Assembly: GCF_900232105.1 (NCBI RefSeq)
Contig: NZ_LT934425.1
Span: forward strand, 2,400,001-2,432,000
Direction of reading: 5' to 3'
Origin: Candidatus Kuenenia stuttgartensis
GTDB lineage: Bacteria; Planctomycetota; Brocadiia; Brocadiales; Brocadiaceae
Length of the DNA: 32,000 nt
Within the stretch, counting starts at the first letter, position 1; every line of letters starts with the position of its first letter. Below are positions 27,084 to 32,000 of the stretch, piece by piece. A program made the translations under genes and the position numbers. Below the pieces are notes generated by a model. It was not told where the DNA came from, did not search any database, and was given only the letters and a program-made list of their open reading frames with translations.

Positions 27084-27461
27084 ATGTTAGAAATCAGAGT
27101 ATGCGCCAATTGCAAAAGAAGTCTTTCAAAAATTGATATTGAATCAGGAAATGCATTGTATCAGGAAGGTGGAACGGTAATCTGCGGCGCTTGCTTTGCC
27201 GGACAAACAAAAACGGAAGAAAAATATGAAGAAAATGACTATATCATGGAATCTATATTACGCGAAGTAAAGAATATTAACCGCACTCTTACCTATGAAC
27301 CCGCCTCCTGGCTGCCAATCCTGGCCTCTGTAATACAGTGCTTTGTATTTGGCTCCCTCATTTTTGCCTACCTTCACCGTAACGGAGATGTTCATTCCTA
27401 TCTATTACTAGCCATTGTTTTTCAAGTAATGGCACTGACCTTTTTCGTGATAAAAAAATAA
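27084..27461 (+). CDS. Small membrane protein with N-terminal zinc-ribbon-like CxxC pairs
   Basis: VCANCKRSLSK...GGTVICGACFAG, then two hydrophobic segments (WLPILASVIQCFVFGSLIFAYL; LLLAIVFQVMALTFFVI). Confidence 0.65.
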   Translation: MLEIRVCANCKRSLSKIDIESGNALYQEGGTVICGACFAGQTKTEEKYEENDYIMESILREVKNINRTLTYEPASWLPILASVIQCFVFGSLIFAYLHRNGDVHSYLLLAIVFQVMALTFFVIKK

Positions 27462-27555
27462 GAACGAAATATTACTTGACTTTCATATTCAGTGTTATAT
27501 AATCAGCAATCATTATTGAATGGTAATATTTTCATATTAAAGAATGGAGGGAAAT

Positions 27556-28077
27556 ATGGGTATACAAGTAGGACAATGTGCGCCTTGTTTTACACTGCAA
27601 GGTGTTGTGGGTGAAAAATTTGAGGATTTTAGTCTGGATAATTATAAGGGTAAGTGGGTGGTGCTGTTTTTCTATCCCTTGGATTTTACCTTTATTTGTC
27701 CAACGGAAATAACAGAATTTTCAAAGAAAGACGGAGATTTTAAATCGCTCAATGCCCAGGTATTCGGGGTAAGCATTGACAGCGTATTCTCACACAAGGC
27801 CTGGCTTAAGGATCTTGGTAAACTTAATTACCCGCTGCTCAGTGATATCACAAAAGAAGTCTCTAGAAAATATGGAGTGTTGATTGAGGATAAAGGTATT
27901 GCGTTAAGGGGCACATTTATTATTGATCCTGAAGGAAAAATAAAATACCAACTTGTTCACGATTTAGGTGTTGGAAGAAGTGTTGAAGAAATTCTGAGAG
28001 TGCTTAACGCTTTACAGACCGGAGAACTTTGCCCGGTTGAATGGAAACCGGGAAAGAAGACCTTGGGTAAGGGTTAA
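27556..28077 (+). CDS. Peroxiredoxin (AhpC/TSA family, 2-Cys type)
   Basis: VLFFYPLDFTFICPTEITEFSK, ...VFGVSIDSVFSHKAW, C-terminal GELCPVEWKPGKKTLG resolving-Cys region. Confidence 0.95.
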   Translation: MGIQVGQCAPCFTLQGVVGEKFEDFSLDNYKGKWVVLFFYPLDFTFICPTEITEFSKKDGDFKSLNAQVFGVSIDSVFSHKAWLKDLGKLNYPLLSDITKEVSRKYGVLIEDKGIALRGTFIIDPEGKIKYQLVHDLGVGRSVEEILRVLNALQTGELCPVEWKPGKKTLGKG

Positions 28078-28089
28078 TATAAATCTAAA

Positions 28090-28130
28090 GGCAACTATTC
28101 AGTGCAAATATATTGCGTTGAATAGTTGCC
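28090..28130. terminator. Long hairpin downstream of the peroxiredoxin gene
   Basis: ggcaactattcagtgcaaatatattgcgttgaatagttgcc: 18-bp near-perfect stem. The arm is related to the aactattcagcg arm of the 6011-6139 element, so it may be a repeat-derived terminator; no strong T-tract. Confidence 0.5.
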
Positions 28131-28421
28131 AAATATTTTTCAATGCACGATTTTTGATGAAAGCTCCGTTATCTATAATGTTCAATACCACGAAGAAAAG
28201 TCTTTTGTCGTTCCTCATACATCACGCCTCTTTTTTTACCTTTTCAAGATTATTGATGGTCGCCTGAGATACCCTTGGATTTCATAGTTAATGTAACCTG
28301 ATAAATATCTTTTGCCTGGCATGTTCATGCAGAATAACCGCTCCAATATTATTAGGTATGATGTCGCTATGATTTTTTTGCAGATATCGAAAAAATATAT
28401 TTAACCTGTCAGGAGGAAATT

Positions 28422-28958
28422 ATGATAAAAACATCTTTTGCCGCAGTACTCGCAGCCGTACTATCTATTTGTGTTTTCACGAATCATGCACATGCCGTTA
28501 TGACCGGACTCAGTACGGAAGAACTCACAAAATCATCGCATGCCGTTATCACGGGCACTGTTGAGGATGTTCAATCGTACTGGAGCAGTGACAGAAAAAC
28601 TATTTTTACCACCGCCTCAATAAAGATAAGTGAGGTTATCCGCGGTAAAGCCGTTCAAAACACCATTACCGTTGAATATGAAGGGGGAGAAGTGGACGGC
28701 ATAGGACTAAGGATATCGGATATGGCTGTTCTCAGCAAAGGAGAAAAAATACTCTTATTCCTTAAAACAGTGAAAAGCAAAAAGGCGGAACAGAAAGAAG
28801 ACGTATTTCGCATCGTCGGAAAGGCACAGGGAAAATATCATATCGACAACCAGGGCATAGCGAGAAAAAGCGGTTTCTCTGTTATTGATGGTAAAGAGGT
28901 AATCGACAATGAAGTGTCCGTAGAAACCCTCATAAACAAGATAAAAGGAGTCGAATAA
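28422..28958 (+). CDS. Secreted protein of unknown function, paired with the downstream protease
   Basis: Signal peptide MIKTSFAAVLAAVLSICVFTNHAHA. SSHAVITGTVEDVQSYWSSDRKTIFTTASIKISEVIRG...LSKGEKILLFLK. RBS aggaggaaatt. Ends 2 nt before the next ATG. Confidence 0.8.
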   Translation: MIKTSFAAVLAAVLSICVFTNHAHAVMTGLSTEELTKSSHAVITGTVEDVQSYWSSDRKTIFTTASIKISEVIRGKAVQNTITVEYEGGEVDGIGLRISDMAVLSKGEKILLFLKTVKSKKAEQKEDVFRIVGKAQGKYHIDNQGIARKSGFSVIDGKEVIDNEVSVETLINKIKGVE

Positions 28959-28960
28959 TT

Positions 28961-30223
28961 ATGACAAAAACAAGATGGAACTATATTATTCCCTTTATCG
29001 TAATCATAGCATTAAATCTTTGCTGTTTAAAAATATATGGATTTGAAGTCAGTACCACAAACAGTGGAAAAGAAATAAAATGGAAAAAAGATACGGTAAC
29101 GTATCTTATCAACACTACTGACGGTCCTTCCGGCAGCCTTGACGCTCTATTGGCGTCAATGCAGACGTGGACAGACGTTGACACCTCTTCTTTTACTTTC
29201 GTAGACGGTGGAACAACCTCAAAAAATAGTCACGGAGAACAGGATGGCATTAATATTATTGATTTTGGGGTTATTAAGGATGAAGGGGTATTGGGGCAAA
29301 ATTCTTTCTGGTTTTATACGTCTGGAGAGATGATTGACAGCGATATACGTTTTAACACCAAAAATACCTGGAGTACAGACGGCTCGTCAGATAAATTTGA
29401 CGTGCAGAATGTAGGCACGCATGAACTCGGCCATTCCCTCAGCCTGGAGGATCTCTATGATAAAAGCGATTCGGAAAAAACTATGTATGGCTACGGTTCT
29501 CCCGGAGATACCAGCCAAAGGACGCTGCATCAGGACGACATGGATGGGATTACTTATTTGTATCCTGCAAATACATCAGGTCAAAATCCGACACCTGTGG
29601 TATTGCCAACGCCTGGCGTAGCAACCGGTACGCTGGCAGGGTTTGTAACGGATAATGATAGAAGGTTGAGAGTAGCAGGAGCAACGGTGCGTAATCAGTC
29701 CGGGATGTTCACCGCTACGACAGGTGCGGATGGATATTATCAGATTGATAATATCCCCGCCGGAAGTTATACGTTCATTGCATTAGCTACCGGATACACT
29801 TTGAAAACAGTAACGGGTGTAACGTTAACGGCGGGAGAAACAGCCACGCTTGACTTTGCGCTGTCGGCTGTCGTTGTTCCAACACCGCCTCCATATGAAT
29901 GCCCCGATACTTTAGAGGTTATGGCAACGTCTGCGTCTGTTGATCCGGATACCTTGATTCTTTCAAAAGGCAGCAGCGAAGAAGTTACAATTATTGTAAC
30001 TGATAATGATGGATGTACGGCAGAGGGCGTGAAAGTAACACGGAAGCTTTCTTCGGCTAACAGGAAAATGATTAACGTAAAACCTCTCAGCGCAAAAACA
30101 GATGCAAGTGGACAGGCAACGTTCACCATAAGGGCGAAGAAGGATAAAGGAAAAGCCGATGTGAAGTTTAGCGTAGGCGGTGTGAAAGATAAACCAAAAG
30201 TAAAGATTGCCCTTACGAAGTAA
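28961..30223 (+). CDS. Matrixin-like zinc metalloprotease with carboxypeptidase-regulatory-like and Ig-like domains
   Basis: VGTHELGHSLSLEDLYDKSDSEKTMYGYG (HExxH plus Met-turn-like Met), GTLAGFVTDNDRRLRVAGATVRNQSGMFTATTGADGYYQIDNIPAGSYTF (CarboxypepD_reg), C-terminal Ig-like segment. Confidence 0.85.
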   Translation: MTKTRWNYIIPFIVIIALNLCCLKIYGFEVSTTNSGKEIKWKKDTVTYLINTTDGPSGSLDALLASMQTWTDVDTSSFTFVDGGTTSKNSHGEQDGINIIDFGVIKDEGVLGQNSFWFYTSGEMIDSDIRFNTKNTWSTDGSSDKFDVQNVGTHELGHSLSLEDLYDKSDSEKTMYGYGSPGDTSQRTLHQDDMDGITYLYPANTSGQNPTPVVLPTPGVATGTLAGFVTDNDRRLRVAGATVRNQSGMFTATTGADGYYQIDNIPAGSYTFIALATGYTLKTVTGVTLTAGETATLDFALSAVVVPTPPPYECPDTLEVMATSASVDPDTLILSKGSSEEVTIIVTDNDGCTAEGVKVTRKLSSANRKMINVKPLSAKTDASGQATFTIRAKKDKGKADVKFSVGGVKDKPKVKIALTK

Positions 30224-30306
30224 GATAGCGCCAGGACAAAGTTTTTCTCTGTAACACTTTAGATTTTTCAAAAAGCTAAAGTGTTACAATTATTCAGGAT
30301 TGTTTC

Positions 30307-32000
30307 TCATGTTTTTTCCTTTTCAATAGCGCACAACAAACCTCTTAGTTGATAAGACCCAAAGGCGGGGTCGTAAGGGGGTTTGTTGTTTGTTAATACG
30401 TTGGCGTTCGATTCCCAAACACCGAATTCCGGACCCGCTTTTTCAGGAAACCACCATCCATGTTCCACGCTTATCACCCGTGGATGAATATCTTCCGTTA
30501 CCTGCGCCTTCATACGGATGCTTCCCCGCGGAGAACTCACAATGACCCAATCACCATGGTTTATTCCCTTTTCTGCGGCAACCTCCCGATGCATTTCTGC
30601 CTGGGGATGCGGCCTCCGTTTTCTCAGAGAGGGTATCTGTCTGTGTTCGCTCTGGAAAAATTCTTTCTTACGGCATCCCGTAATGAGCACATAGGGAAAT
30701 TGTTCCACCAGTTCAGGCGATTGCACCGGGCTTTCCGGGGGTTCTTTGTATGTTGGCAGAGGATCGTACCCCAATCTCTGTAATGATTTTGAATAAAGTT
30801 CTACCTTTTTCGAAGGAGTTCTGAACCCTTTTTCCTCATACCTTTTGTATTGATGCGGCGGATAAAAGAATCCTGAGGTTTTTAACTTCTGATAATCTAT
30901 TCCCAGAGGTTCCAATTGATAATTCATTACGTCTTCCAGGCTTTCTTCGCTTCCTGGCAGGTGAAGCCGTTTGGAGAGTTCATTGATTATCCATTCGTCC
31001 TGCCTGCATTCTGCGTGTTGCGTGATTTTTTGTTGAGCCATGACCATGTTTTCTACCACCAGGGGATATCCAATTACCTGTTCAACTTCAGGCCAAAATG
31101 CCGCGGGAAGGACATAATCCGCCAGTGCAGCAGTAGGCGTCATAAAAAGATCAGTAACCACCAATAGTTCCAGCCTTTGCAAGCTTTCATATACCTCTCC
31201 CGGATTTGCTACTGTAGTCAAAGGGTTGTTTCCAAAGATAAGAAGCGCCCTTATTTGATAAGGATCGCACGTTCTCATTGCCTTAAATAATGCAGGGATG
31301 TGCGCAGACGGCATGAACGCCCTCCAGCCACCCAGGAGTTTAAATGTATCCGCCCCTAAGCGCTTTTTCAACATGCCTTCCGGTAATTTCTCTTTGAGGG
31401 TAGGGTAACTGCGGATGATATTTTTACCAATAATATCACCGCCAGGGTTGTCGATGTTGCCTGTTAATGCGCGTAAAATGGCAATGCTTCTGACGGTTTG
31501 CAGGGAGTTTGTATTCTGTTCAATGCCCAGCCCCCATTCTAATATTGCAGGTTTATTCAGGGCATATGTCCGCGCAGCATTTACGATGTCACATGCAGCT
31601 ACCCATGTAATCGTCTCCGCCCATTCAGGGGTGAACGCTTTTACATGTTCCCTAAGCTCAGAAAACCCATGCGTCCATTTCTCCACAAATTCTTTATCAT
31701 AAATATTTTCCTTTATAATAACGTGTATCATTGCCAGTGCTAATGCAGCATCAGTTCCTGGTCTGACAGGCAGCCATTGCTTGCAGCGTTTTGCAGTCTC
31801 CGATCTCCTGGGATCAACGGCGATGCCGATTGCCCCCTTATCCAATGCCCTTTTGACGGAAATTGCCAATTCACCGTCCGGCCCCGATACCAGTGGATTG
31901 TGCCCCCAGAATAAAATACATTTTGGCGGTACGTCTCCATAGTAATCCCCGACAACAAAACCGCCATACATAATATTGCTAACTGTAATTCTCGGGATAA
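30307..32000 (-). CDS. Molybdopterin-dependent oxidoreductase (formate dehydrogenase/nitrate reductase family), N-terminus beyond window
   Basis: CILFWGHNP, IAVDPRRSETAKRCKQWLPVRPGTDAALALAM, NIDNPGGDIIG, C-terminal molydopterin-dinucleotide-binding VLITGCRKKEFFQSEHRQIPSLRKRRPHPQAEMH. The frame stays open to 32000 (IPRITVSNIMYGG). Confidence 0.92.
   Translation of the reverse strand, partial: IPRITVSNIMYGGFVVGDYYGDVPPKCILFWGHNPLVSGPDGELAISVKRALDKGAIGIAVDPRRSETAKRCKQWLPVRPGTDAALALAMIHVIIKENIYDKEFVEKWTHGFSELREHVKAFTPEWAETITWVAACDIVNAARTYALNKPAILEWGLGIEQNTNSLQTVRSIAILRALTGNIDNPGGDIIGKNIIRSYPTLKEKLPEGMLKKRLGADTFKLLGGWRAFMPSAHIPALFKAMRTCDPYQIRALLIFGNNPLTTVANPGEVYESLQRLELLVVTDLFMTPTAALADYVLPAAFWPEVEQVIGYPLVVENMVMAQQKITQHAECRQDEWIINELSKRLHLPGSEESLEDVMNYQLEPLGIDYQKLKTSGFFYPPHQYKRYEEKGFRTPSKKVELYSKSLQRLGYDPLPTYKEPPESPVQSPELVEQFPYVLITGCRKKEFFQSEHRQIPSLRKRRPHPQAEMHREVAAEKGINHGDWVIVSSPRGSIRMKAQVTEDIHPRVISVEHGWWFPEKAGPEFGVWESNANVLTNNKPPYDPAFGSYQLRGLLCAIEKEKT

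Noticed and set aside
28317-28336. Sigma-54 -24/-12-like tggcatgttcatgca upstream of the secreted protein gene
   Set aside because: GG-to-GC spacing is one base short of the canonical spacing and the -12 element is weak.
30400-30425. T-loop-like gttcgattcccaaa as a possible tRNA
   Set aside because: No acceptor or anticodon stems around it, and it lies inside the molybdopterin oxidoreductase gene.

Overview
This 32 kb window looks like a chromosomal segment of a Gram-negative bacterium with a repeat-rich intergenic landscape. The gene content would fit an anammox-type planctomycete, but that is inference only. In order it carries: a radical SAM/B12-binding protein (cut by the left edge, -), a FadL/OmpP1-like porin, an O-antigen-ligase-like membrane protein fused to TPRs, an 11-residue-repeat coiled-coil membrane protein, an ADP-forming acyl-CoA synthetase alpha-like protein, MoxR and DUF58 genes, a phosphohexomutase, a YggS-family protein, then a ~5 kb region (about 13.6-18.6 kb) of restriction/defence-type genes. 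That region holds a truncated HicB-like ORF, a C-terminal fragment of a cytosine-5 methyltransferase, an unidentified 123-aa ORF, an intact nuclease-like plus SLFN-g3/DUF2075 helicase, a probable DUF4420-like PD-(D/E)XK fragment, a type III Mod C-terminal fragment, and a YhcG/DUF1016-like nuclease broken by a frameshift and a stop. To its right are a TMTC-like membrane/TPR protein, rpsO-pnp, a cold-shock gene with a good terminator, a histidine kinase (frameshifted at A8) overlapping an NtrC-type regulator, a zinc-ribbon membrane protein, a peroxiredoxin, a secreted protein/matrixin-like protease pair, and a molybdopterin oxidoreductase (cut by the right edge, -). The best leads are the small ORF/helicase pair in the decayed defence island, the 33-bp in-frame repeat gene next to a nested inverted-repeat element, a structured and possibly pseudoknotted element at 8409-8492, and several families of dispersed palindromic elements. 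I see no clear CRISPR array, tRNA or rRNA, and nothing that proves a new system.
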